A stretch of DNA of 64,000 nucleotides from Balanoglossus misakiensis. Its lineage: Eukaryota; Animalia; Hemichordata. Every line of letters starts with the position of its first letter. Positions within the stretch are counted from its first letter, which is position 1. The notes below the pieces were generated by a model. That model did no database searches and was not told where the DNA came from. It worked only from the letters and a program-made list of their open reading frames with translations. The translations under genes were made by a program, and so were the position numbers. The stretch covers positions 9,287,677 through 9,351,676 of the forward strand of contig CM082592.2 in assembly GCA_040954595.2 (NCBI GenBank), given 5' to 3'. Shown piece after piece: positions 13,994-24,824 of this stretch.

Positions 13994-16900
13994 TCATGGT
14001 TTCCATACTGTCACTTCGAGTCTGGTAACACCAGCTTTGCAGTGTGCGTTTGCGTAGGCCAGCAGCTGGTGGAAATTGTCGTTCAGATGGAAATGACGTC
14101 GGAGGCGATTGCCATTGGGCAATTTCACGTTCAACAACACTCTCTCCTCGTGTTCCCCGGGCTCCTCGCGTAAAATGTCAACGCCTTTCGGTGGTTTCTC
14201 GTCCGTTTCATGGAAGACAGACTCGGACAGTAGCCGCAGTGGAGTTCGTCGCCCTATTATCGGCAAGGGCGTGTACCTGGATAGATACGGACTCATTCCG
14301 TGTTGCTGCTGATCGGGCGTGTTTGCAACAGTCCCTATGCGATCGTTCGATCGACTTCTTTTCAAGACCTGGGGAGTCGTCATCATCGCGGGGACCGGCG
14401 ACTGCCCGTGCTGGGCAGATTTCTTCCGCAATTCCGACCTCCGCTGCACCTGCGACAGAGAGCGGTTGACCCTCGCCAGCGCCTTGGCCTTTTTTGCCGC
14501 CGAGGGCGTCGTCTGGTCGCCCCCGTTGCCATCCTTCAGTCGCTTCACCAACTGTCGGAAACCGTCGTTGCTGAGTTTTGCCCATGGGCCAGAATCGTCG
14601 CAGAGATTGATGCTGCTGGACTTTGTGAAGATGGTCGCGAATGCGCCCTCTATTGGCCACGACAGGTTCTCCAGCAGCACAGGGATCACTGGCAACTGCA
14701 GAACTGCTGCAAGGTTAGCTTGCTGTCTGGATGCTACGCACTGCAGATAATCCTTGGTTAAACAGCAGACTACCTGCAAGACAAAAACATACCTGGTTTT
14801 GAAAAACGAGACCTGGATATGGGTCGACGTTGACACATATCAAGTCAAACGCTTTCAACAACTGCTGATGTCCTACAAGAAGAAACTGGTATAACACTAA
14901 CATATCAAGATTAAGTAATACAAAAAGTGAAATACGAAAGAATATCTACCTTTGTTGCCATGGTAGACATGACGTCTTGAACTTGGGCAGAAAGGGGTTT
15001 GCCTTCCGCCATATTATGCATATCTACCCAGCAATTAAAGCCAGCCTTGGTTAGACGACAGTATAGTTGTTTGACTTCCGAAACTCTCGTCCAATCATGC
15101 GATATCAATATCAGTGAATTCGTGTCCGTAGGTGACTGAAACGTAATGATAGGCTGTTAACGCTATTGTCAGCCAAATATATCATCGTCGTCGTCATCAC
15201 CATCATCACCACCACCTCCAGTATAATGAAACATTTCTTAGCCCATAAACCTGTCCCTCTACATAACAAACCTTTTCTCCGTTCTCTGACGAATGATTGG
15301 TTTCGGTGTCATCTTCTGGCCAGGGTTCTTTCAAAGACGACAGCCACTCTAGATAATCTGCCGAAGAAAAGAAGCGTGACACACATTTAATTTAAGATTG
15401 TAAAATGGAAATCTAAATGCGACAGAGGGTGCCATTACGATCTGTGTGATGTCACCGTGCCAGTGATTCCCCCCACGAAGTCGACTTACCCGCAGTTGCC
15501 TTTGATAAATCAGGTGTGAGCTCGTAGTTCATTAGGCCGAGAATCTGAGTAAAAGACTGCATTGACCACAATGACTTGTCTTGTTTTGGCTGCCCCTCGT
15601 CACAGAGGCGGACGACGTTTGGCAGTTGAGAGACAATGGAACTTGCTCTGTCCTGACCATTACTTGTGACGTCATCTGTCTGGATGGTGATGACCGTCTT
15701 GTTGCGAAGGAAATAACTCGCCAGTTCAGCCTAGGAGAGAGAGAAAGATAACAAGAATATGATAGTGATGAAAATGATTTTCTGGTTTGTTATCAATAAA
15801 GAATTCAATTCTCTGTGTTTTGAAATACAACTGGTGAAAGGGCTCTGCTTTGCAATATATTCGTCATAGTGTAATCGAGTGTGTTCCCACATCCCAATTA
15901 AAAAGGGTAAGTTTTGATGATACGCTGCGATGGAATCTACGAACCTCCCTGAAACACAGTTCCGACTCCAAATACTTCCTGGAAACAATCAGAATGATGA
16001 CTTTGGCGGCGTGTATCCCGTGTTCTGGTGTGGCCGGGCATGCGCATGCTCCACCGTCGATGACGTCAAACCCAGCACGCTCAAGATGGCTGCAAATGTT
16101 GTCTGCCTCACGCTTGTCATCATCGTGGAAGGAGACGAAAATCGGAGGCAAGTTCTGCATTTCTTTGAGTTTCTGGTAAATGGTGTGTCCACCTTGGAAG
16201 AATCAGATAGCTTTTTAAGTACATGTGTACACTGTCGCCGTGGACACTGTCTGTCTGACTGTCCGTTTGAAGGTAGGTAGGTATGGTAGGAGCTACGGCT
16301 TCAACTATGTAGTCATGTATGTGAGCACGTACAGGCGAATCATAATCTACAATCAAGCACATAGTTTGAGTAGACTGAAAGACTCAGTCCTTTGTGGGCG
16401 TTCCGGTGCAGTGCTTACGACCCTTAAGTCGTAACACTGCAGACAAAGATAAAGAACACGCCCGCACACGGCCCAGTCTTTCAGTCTTATAGTTTGAGGT
16501 GCAGAGCAAGGAAGCAAAGCATCCATGAGGGAATTGGGCCAGTTTTAAAAAAAACATACCTTCTACTATCAGTGAATTTTCGATAATTTCTACCGCATCA
16601 TGTCGGCCGATGCTGCCCAGTGTCGACAGAAGCATCGCCGTTGGTTCAAGCATGCCGCCGTTGTTCAAACCACAGTACCACTGGCTCAGTAACACCATCG
16701 TCGGGTCATGTGACTTGGCCCAGTTGACGATGTCAGTGGCGTTGAATCCCAGCCTCACCGCTAGGTGGCGCCAGTCTTTGGCAGCCTCTGAGTTCATGAC
16801 ATTGGCAACTACAGGCAACCAGTCGACCATGCTTTCTTTTGTCTGAGAAACAGAGCAAAGGTGAGTGGAAAAAAGGAAGAAGGAAAAACTGCTAATGACC

Positions 16901-19900
16901 GAATGTCCACGGGGCTTTAACCCCTTCTCTAGGTGGTTTACGTTATAGATCTTTGAGAATACAAAAAATGAGCGAATATAGACCCTTTTGTGATCGACAC
17001 AATTAGTAAACGATTTTTCATTCTCGAAAAATGTGTGTAGAGGAAAGGTTGCTGAACTGCACATGCGCGTGCACATGGGTTTGTTTTGTGCCAATCGAGT
17101 TGGTGATAAGTTAGACACGAAAACACGAAGGTGCATGTAACAACTAAGGGGGGTAAAAAACAACAAATCATCGATTTAATAATGTGAATAGTTTTTATTT
17201 CACCTTAAACGTCAGTACTGTTTGTTTAAAACATCCGATATGTTTAATTATCAAGAACTGGGACAATGTTGATAAATATATGTACTCAATAAATAATGAG
17301 TAGTTAATGGTACTATAGAATGTTACTTCACCAACCAAGATTATAGTTTTCCCCTGAGTTTGAAAATATAATTAATGAAATATATTATCAAAATATACTG
17401 TTAATTTGATTTGCTAAAATAAATTAGTCTTTTGAAAAGTTTGTCACTGTATTTATAAGACACTACCAAATTAGAAAAAAAGTTATAAAACTAGATGTTT
17501 TCGTCACGGTCACATACACTTTTGTCCACTTTCTGTACACTGAAATAATGGCTAGAAAAAAGGGAGAGGATAGTCAACTTGCCTATCGGATGTCTGGCCA
17601 TTATTTTCAATTAACTGTGACGATAAGTTCTGTATTACTCCTTCATTTGGCAGTAAATTTTGAAATATGGTATGCGTTTCTGGGCCTTTCATATGTACAT
17701 TCATGTCAATGAATATTTGATGATTGGTGGGACATACTCATGTTTCGACTTCTACAAGAAGTAGGGGGATTGTTCTGATTGTGACAATTGCTTAGTGATT
17801 ACAAGAGGGTTAATAATGGTTAAAACAGTTGTGATAATACTTTGTAAGTAAGTTGTCAGGGTTTCACACGTGGAGTTAGAACTGCAGACGAATTCTCCCG
17901 TCTGTGCACGATCTGTATGTTCACGAAGAGCGCCCTCTAACAAGACCAATTTTCGTGTTTTTTTTTGGTGATTGTGTGAAGCACATTCACACGCAAGAGG
18001 GCGCCATCTCGTCTTGCACCCAGACTACAATGCAGTTAAACTTTCAAACTGGCCTGCCGTATTTTTCTCCCATTTCTCAGTGCATCAAAGGAGGGATGGT
18101 GATCACACATGGTGGGTTAGATAGATTTCTCGTGAAGTGTCTGCAAGCGCTGGACGAACGCTGTTAGTTCGGCAATCCTTTCGTCCTGCTCCAGCACAAT
18201 TTGTGTCAAATTCCTTATGTCTAGTCCCTGCTGTACGAGTTTCTTCTGCTGCTTGGCTATGACTCGGTCCTGTTCGTTCAGCGTCCTTTTCACTTTGACG
18301 TAGGACAGTAACAGCGCCCACGCGGACAGCTGAAAGTAACGCTGGCCAAACCCCCCTACCTTCTCGTCAAATCTGGTCTGTTGGGCGTTTGCGTCACTTT
18401 CGTCCCGTTCTCCATTGCTGGTGACGTCGTTAGATGGTGTGATCTCCTTGTTTGCATTCTTGTCCAGAAGGTTGTCCACGGTTGGATCGACGGCACTGCG
18501 CATGCCATTTCTTTGATGGTTTGTCTGAGGCCTAGATGTACAGATAAAAATATCGGTTAAAATTTACTACGAAGCCTTAATGTCGCTTGCTCGCCCGCCA
18601 ACCCACCCATCAACAACCCCAACCACCAAACAACCGACAAACCCACCCACTCACCTGACTGTGATCTGTAGAAGTGATTTCGTCAGCTGCTGAACCTCTG
18701 GTACAGACCTTCTCGTAATGTGCTGAATGTGGTCTGTGTGTTTGGCGAGACACGTCGGATAGCGTTCACCCACTGTCTTGATGAGTCTCAGGACAGGTAT
18801 GTAATAATTACTGGAAGCCGACTGCAGTACTTTGAAGAGGCCGTTCAATACCTTGTCAGCAATACTCTACCAAATAGAGAATCATCCGAAGTGGATAGTT
18901 CAGTATTTTCCACGACTTTGGCACCAAAGGATATTTTGCCCAAGAACTTACACGTGGTGGGAAAGTTCATAAGTTTGAACTTCTGAGAACGAGAAATGCC
19001 AATTTGTCAATGGCGATGATCAATTACAAAAATGGTCGTTGTATGAGACATCATCACAGTAAGAATTATGAAATTCAAGAAAAGATCGTCTATCAACTGA
19101 CCTCTTTCACTGTCAAGGATACAAGCACACGGGCAGCCTGGTACGTCAGCATTCCTATATCGTCACTGTGTATGAGTTCGTCCAAGGGGTCGACCAGATA
19201 AACGTAGGCATCGGGTCTGTGCGAGGTCAACACCGCCAACACTTTTAGACCGTTGACCTGAACTTCAGTACTTTTGTCAAGACTTTCGATCACGAAGTCT
19301 GAGTACTGTTCTACTTTCTGAAAGAAAGGGGTCAAACATCTGAAATGACGATTTTTCTTGTACGAGCGAACAACTGACAACATATGGTGCTTTTCGTCTG
19401 AAACACGTGACATGATACCTTATAGAAAGACGTGATTATGGCCATGGGCTTACCTCAGGATAGTCGGCTGCTACATCACCTAGCAACCGCAAGACGCCAG
19501 CCAGATATATGTCGTCGTTTTCGACAGTTTTCTCGATCAAACCACCAAGTTTCTCCAGTACAGCATCTTTGTTGTGCGGGTACGTCGATAGCAATAGTTC
19601 TGATGATAAACCGATATCGTAATTGAAGTTTTAGTATGTGTCGTTTTAAATTTGCGCAAATCAAAAATCCTACGGTTTTTGAAAGTTGACACAGGCGTCT
19701 GACACATCTGGTGGATTAAAAAGAAGACCGAAACAAATTTTGATAAAATAAACACGTCCTGAACTAATTTCATGAATACCTTTCGTTTAACCCGTTGTCG
19801 CACACACATACCTATGAAAAGAGCAGTCATGGCAACCATGACAAGTGGCTAGACCATAGCCTTCGAGACTTACGGATAAAGAAGGGCAGTTCAATGCCGT

Positions 19901-22900
19901 CTCTATCGATGCACCACTCGATCAACTCGGTCACTTTCGAGGCCACAACCGTCGGCTGCTTGACGGCGATCTTGGATATGGCTTCCATGGCGTTCAGTGT
20001 CAGCAGCTCCGACCTTGAACTCTGCAGTATCTTCAGGAGGGAGGGCACGAACTTGGAAGATACTTCGACGTCGAGTTCAGTTTCAGCCTGGAATAGAGAA
20101 AAAGATGCCCGTAAACATTATAGGTCAAGATCCATACATCTTTCTCTCACTCGGCAGGACGCACACGCAATTGTGACAGTATCACTTACACGGTGAAGAT
20201 AGTTCCTGATTATGTGGGAAGTGATGGCGCCATGGCCGTTGTCTTGGTAACCATCTTCCTGTTGCAACGGCTGCGATGACGTGAACAACAGGAGTCGACA
20301 TAAGTAGTTGGAATACTTCATCCATGTCTTCGAGAAACTGAAAGTACAAATTTATTGAGCCATCAACAGCAAATCGAAGTTGGAGTGATAAGTTCTGTAT
20401 TTCATTCGGCTATGTCCTCTCCACGGCTGTTGTTAGTCGATTTGTTTTTGTCCTCGAAGAATTGTTCATTTTCTAAGTCGTCTGCATTTCTTCTCTCGCC
20501 CTTTTGTTGAGTTATAGTGTGCAGATAGGTACATGGTTTGAAAAAATGTGGAAAGTCGATTGCCCTATGTGTAGTTTTGAACAGAATGGATCGTTGAAAT
20601 GATTCAGTTTTGAGATTCCTCACTGATTGTAGACACTATTCGAAAATTATTTTCAGTGTTGAAATAAAGTAGTGCGAAATCGGCCATTGGCAGACTAATG
20701 AAAGACGACAAGCTCTGTCCGGCGCCCTTCACATCATTTCAAACAGTACACAAAGCCTCAAACCAATCGGTCTAAAATGTACAATAACGCCTCAACGGGC
20801 TTTTGATGAGAAGTGCAAAGCTCACAGACAGTGGGCTTGGTCCGGTCACAGTCCCTCTATTACAGTAAAAGAGGGACTTTGGTCCAGGGCTTCAACGCGC
20901 ACGTGAAGAAGCCAAAGAAAGCGCACAAGAAACACGCCCTCTATTGTTCATCTTCTACTCACTGTATTTCTTTACAAACGCCGTCCAGAATCGCTCCAAC
21001 AATGTCGACTTTTGAAGTGCTCTTCAAGTAGTCGGCGTTTTCTTTCATCATCTTGTCGAACGCCAGTAGCACTTCGGGCAACCTCGCCTCCAGACCCTGT
21101 TGAACCACGACATTTTTAAGACGCTCTGAGACGGCTATTTTATATACTCTTGTACAACCAGAGCGTAAATCGCCCACAAGTTTGACAGTTGAAGATCACA
21201 CTTGGTCTCACTCTACTTGCAACGCGTGTTGTAATCTACTCGTAAACGTGTTTTCTTTTTTGAAAAGTGCACTTCAGTTTAATTGAAAATAGGTTGAACA
21301 GTCTGCAGAATTGTTCTGGCGGAGAATAGCATATCCATTTGAACTATTTTTCACAGGGGATGTGCGAGAACCAGAACAAAGGACGATGACACTGTGAAAT
21401 TCCACAACAGTGGACAGCTTTCTGAATGGCCTAATAATAGTGTCGATCTGGTCACGTGAGGTTTTATTATAGAACATGCGATTTCGTTTACAACTTGTTG
21501 CCAACACCGAGATCACACTCGGCAGATTAACTGGTCAGGTTTAGCATTGAAAGTTTTGTCGTCGGACTCGTAAAGATTATGTAACGTTGAATAATTTGAT
21601 GAATCACTTTTCTCATGTCGGATGTCGGAACAGATGTTTTCACGCAATACACTACTGTGAAATTATCGGCGTTTAGTGAAAACTACAAATGGCATTGCAA
21701 TTACTGATTACCCAACCGACCATGTGTTCATGTAATTTGCGGGAATTTACACAAGAGACTAAGAGACCTTTGCAGCCAGCAAATCCACCCCTTCTGTGGC
21801 GAAATCAAGTTTCTGTGCGTCGTGTCGCAAAGACTTTTTTTTTGGGGGGGGGGGGGCAACCCAAAACCCTTACCTGCCAGGTTACACCTGATGCAAGCTG
21901 CCTGACACCCCCGCAGAGCCGCCACTTTGGGGTCCTGAGAAATGCCACCACAATGTCCACCATTCTTCTGTTCACTCGCCTCTGCACCGACGGGAGAGGT
22001 CTGAAACGAGCCAAGGAAAACATCCCTGTATTTGTTTTGTGCAAAGGCATCGGCCGCGCTTTACGGAACAATTGGCTCTCGAGAGGATGGCGGTTCCGCT
22101 CTGTGATCTTACGTGGCTGTGGTCATATGCACGTTGACCTTTTTTCAAAAAATTGGCCGACAGAAATTCCTCATATTCTCAAACTTTTCTCCGACTAGCA
22201 TATCCATTTTAGTCTGGGGCAGTGCTAAATACTGTAATCCGTCTACTTCTTGCAAAATGAAGAGGATGAATGCCGTGATTTTGATTTTATTGGATTTTCC
22301 AATCATGATGACCGTTACTTGGAAGTTGGTGATACGATCTGTGGTGCGCTCAGCGAACCATATAGGTCTTTCCGAAACCTGTATACAAAACAAATAGCGA
22401 CAATCACCGTGCAGCTGATTTCATTAGGGAACGTTTAAACCGCTCTCAAAACTTAAAAGGTCTTTAACAATGTCATGAGTAAGCCTATGATTAAAGGCAC
22501 AATACCTTGCGCCCGTGGCATATTGTATTGTTTCAGTACTTTTTTGTTCCGTGCGGGATGTTTGTTGTTCTGCCTGAGAGCCGGTAAATTGACAACCACT
22601 AAACTTGTAAGAGAACCGTTTGTTTGGTTAGGATTCGGACCTAAACGCGTATCGCCAGTGTATTTTTAAGTTGTGTTGTACTGTTATCCGAGAACTCTGC
22701 GAAATTGAACATGGTGTATATACACACATGTAGAGCCACATTCAGGAAATTCATCTCTATCCGCCATTTTTGCGAAGGACAAACACCAATATACAGTCCC
22801 TCTATCAGTATTGAAATGACAGCCAGATGATTTGTTACGTCTAGATTCCATGGTCCTAACCAGCCAAGCGCGCGAACCACCTGCGATTGCCAGGTACGCA

Positions 22901-24824
22901 CGCAGAACTACTGAGAGAACTTGTCGTGGGAGAATGGCTGCAGGGATTTAGAGCTATAATTGCCGTCAAGAAGAGTAAATGGGCACGTTGCGACCTCCAC
23001 ACATTCAACAATGTTGACGTTTAACCCTCACAGGAAGTCGATGAATACCCATGCCCAAAAGGGACTTTAATAGTTGAAATCACGTCTTCGGGGCAATTTA
23101 TAGTTTACATCCACCAAAACGGATGTTAGGGTTTAAACCGTCAGACATCTCCCCTGTGCGGTAAACCACTGGCCGCGAGAATTTCTGCATGTCTGCGACG
23201 GAGCAAACGCATTATTGTATTGAGTTACGCCAAAAAAGCAGTTCGTCAAAAGACAAACACCCATTGTCATTGTTTCGATTGTTGCCGTTTTTATTGTCTT
23301 TTATTACGTCGTTTTATTTACAATTAAAGCCACGTCCGTGTCTTTCATTCGGGCTGTGGATACTAGTGTGCTCGTTTTATGGGGCTGACCAATACGGCAA
23401 TGTATACTCACGCTAGCTGTGTCGTGAACAGGCCGCTGCTCACTTCAAGGTTCCTCACTTGACCGTCGTTGTTTTTCTTGTCTTCTTTGAAGCTGTCGTA
23501 GGAATCTTTCCACTTGCCCAGAAGCAGCAGGGCAAGGTCCGGATTGACCTTCAAACGTGTACACAGAGAAAGAAAGTCTAACTAACACCACCCCAGGCTA
23601 TATGCACACCTTCTGCCAAAATAAAGTCGTGGGTAATACAGGCAGGTTTAACCACACCCCCCCCCCCCAACCCGGTGATGGAGGGACCTTGCTCAGGTTG
23701 CTGTGAAGTTTTAATTTATTCGTGGTTAGCTGAGTCTGTTGCTCATGACATTTCATGTCGTCTGTCGAATTGTATTCTTAGCTAGAAGGTCGGTCGTAAA
23801 AGAATGTTTTGTCACATAAAAAATGGAGGACAGGTGCACAAATTAATATGTCATCCTACAGGAGAGTTATTGCTCTATTTGAAGAGCAGTTTACAAATTG
23901 TCTGACAGAGCATTGGGCTTATTTAAGAATGTGCTGATTGTTCTCAATTTGACTAACACAAAGTTGTGCAATTTTACACGTTTTAGCATTCATCATATCA
24001 ACCATAGGCAAATTATGCGGCTTGAGATTTACGTCTGTGCTGACGTGATTTGCATTGACGTCACACCAGAAACGTGAGCGTCGATGCTCACATATTCCAA
24101 GGTAAAGCTATATTAGACCCACATTCTCCTCCCTTCTACTAGGGTAAGATCATCGACATTCGATTCAGTCAGACGCGACAATCTGTTGCCATCCGATAGC
24201 CCTCGTGCGTCGCTGTGAAGAAACCCTAACCCTACATGACGATTTGCAAATTGAAGTCGCCAACTTTACCCGGCAACGCGTGCAAAATTCCACGCCAAAG
24301 ACAGTTGTTACTTCGTTGTGGTCATGCGCAATGATGTGGCCCTCCAATATCTGGATGGAGTGTGCTAATAACAACGGTTTTTGTGAAAACTATACTTTGT
24401 CAGATAACATGTTCTGGTTATCCGGTCAGAAGACCTATACATAACACATTCAAGTGAAATTTGCGGCTATTTTAAGTTGTAGTTACGTTGTCAAATATCG
24501 CACTCGTGTGACATTTCGTGCAAAGCCCTGGAAGCCATTGGCCCGAAAGGACTTCACCCGCGACTACTGACCCACATTCGGACAGTAAAACGTTGACCAA
24601 AACACAAGACGTCTTTGTTTTCCGACTAGCCAGCGGAAACACTGCTATTTTTGTCGGGTTCCCTTCATCCCCGACGGAATACTTCAAAACTCTCAAGCGA
24701 AACGTGCCATTCCACCGGCGCAGACTCTTACCTTCCATCGGACTTTCTTCTTGGCGATGACGTCATTGATTCGTCTCCAGTCGGCATCCTCTTTGCCACA
24801 GAGCGAGTGCAAGTCATCGGTCAT
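13994..24824 (-). CDS. Multi-exon gene: Melted/VEPH1-like helical (ARM/HEAT-like) domain + Death domain + TIR + TIR + partial UBX-like C-terminus (about 1179 aa); putative innate-immune signalling scaffold
   Basis: Hand-built model with GT-AG boundaries and consistent phases. Exons: 24824-24732, 23548-23412, 22937-22881, 22378-22319, 22000-21874, 21096-20963, 20337-20190, 20087-19874, 19599-19454, 19317-19102, 18866-18655, 18531-18360, 16842-16560, 16192-15945, 15730-15490, 15357-15272, 15135-14950, 14773-13994 (total 3540 nt). Death motif KDWRHLAVRLGF...DPTMVLLSQWY...LGSIGRHDAVEII. TIR1 PPIFVSFH...AKVIILIVSRKYLESELCFRE. TIR2 ILISHDW...GFNCWVDM...VIPVLLENLSWP. UBX-like LNVKLPNGNRLRRHFHLND. 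Minus-strand AATAAA at about 13890. The four 5'-most exons and the 18360-to-16842 junction are the least certain parts. Confidence 0.75.
14505..16192 (-). other. Tandem TIR (TIR_2-like) domains over five exons
   Basis: Two repeats of the beta-A (IFVSF / ILISH), beta-B, beta-C (KVIILIVS / KVVCCLT), alpha-C and beta-D (TVITI / PVIPVLL) pattern. Confidence 0.8.
16560..16842 (-). other. Death domain exon
   Basis: DWRHLAVRLGF, LLSQW and LLSTLGSIGRHDAV match the death-fold helix signatures. Flanked by tctcag| and G|GTATGT. Confidence 0.85.
18655..21963 (-). other. Melted/VEPH1 N-terminal-like helical domain (7 exons of the gene above)
   Basis: The spliced translation is collinear with my recollection of the human VEPH1 N-terminus: EARLPEVL vs EDSLTEAL; DNGHGAITSHII vs DTPHAKIASDIM; VLRLLGDVA vs LLRLLHVAA; LTYQAARV vs LTGQMARI; PVLRLIKTV vs ILLLEIKSI. 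Alignment done by eye from memory. Confidence 0.65.

Noticed and set aside
14044-14761. Overlapping plus-strand ORFs of 141-153 aa
   Set aside because: Antisense shadows of the GC-rich last exon of the Death/TIR gene; no recognisable motifs.
21051-21147. TATA-like TATATAAAA and ATG at 21051 as the gene start
   Set aside because: VEPH1-like similarity continues upstream through an acceptor at 21096 and exon 22000-21874, so this is more likely an internal exon. An alternative promoter is not excluded.
23021-23136. Second piggyBac-like MITE (TTAACCCTCACA...TGTTAGGGTTTAA)
   Set aside because: The TIRs are imperfect and the right TTAA is offset by one base; possibly an old copy but not supportable.
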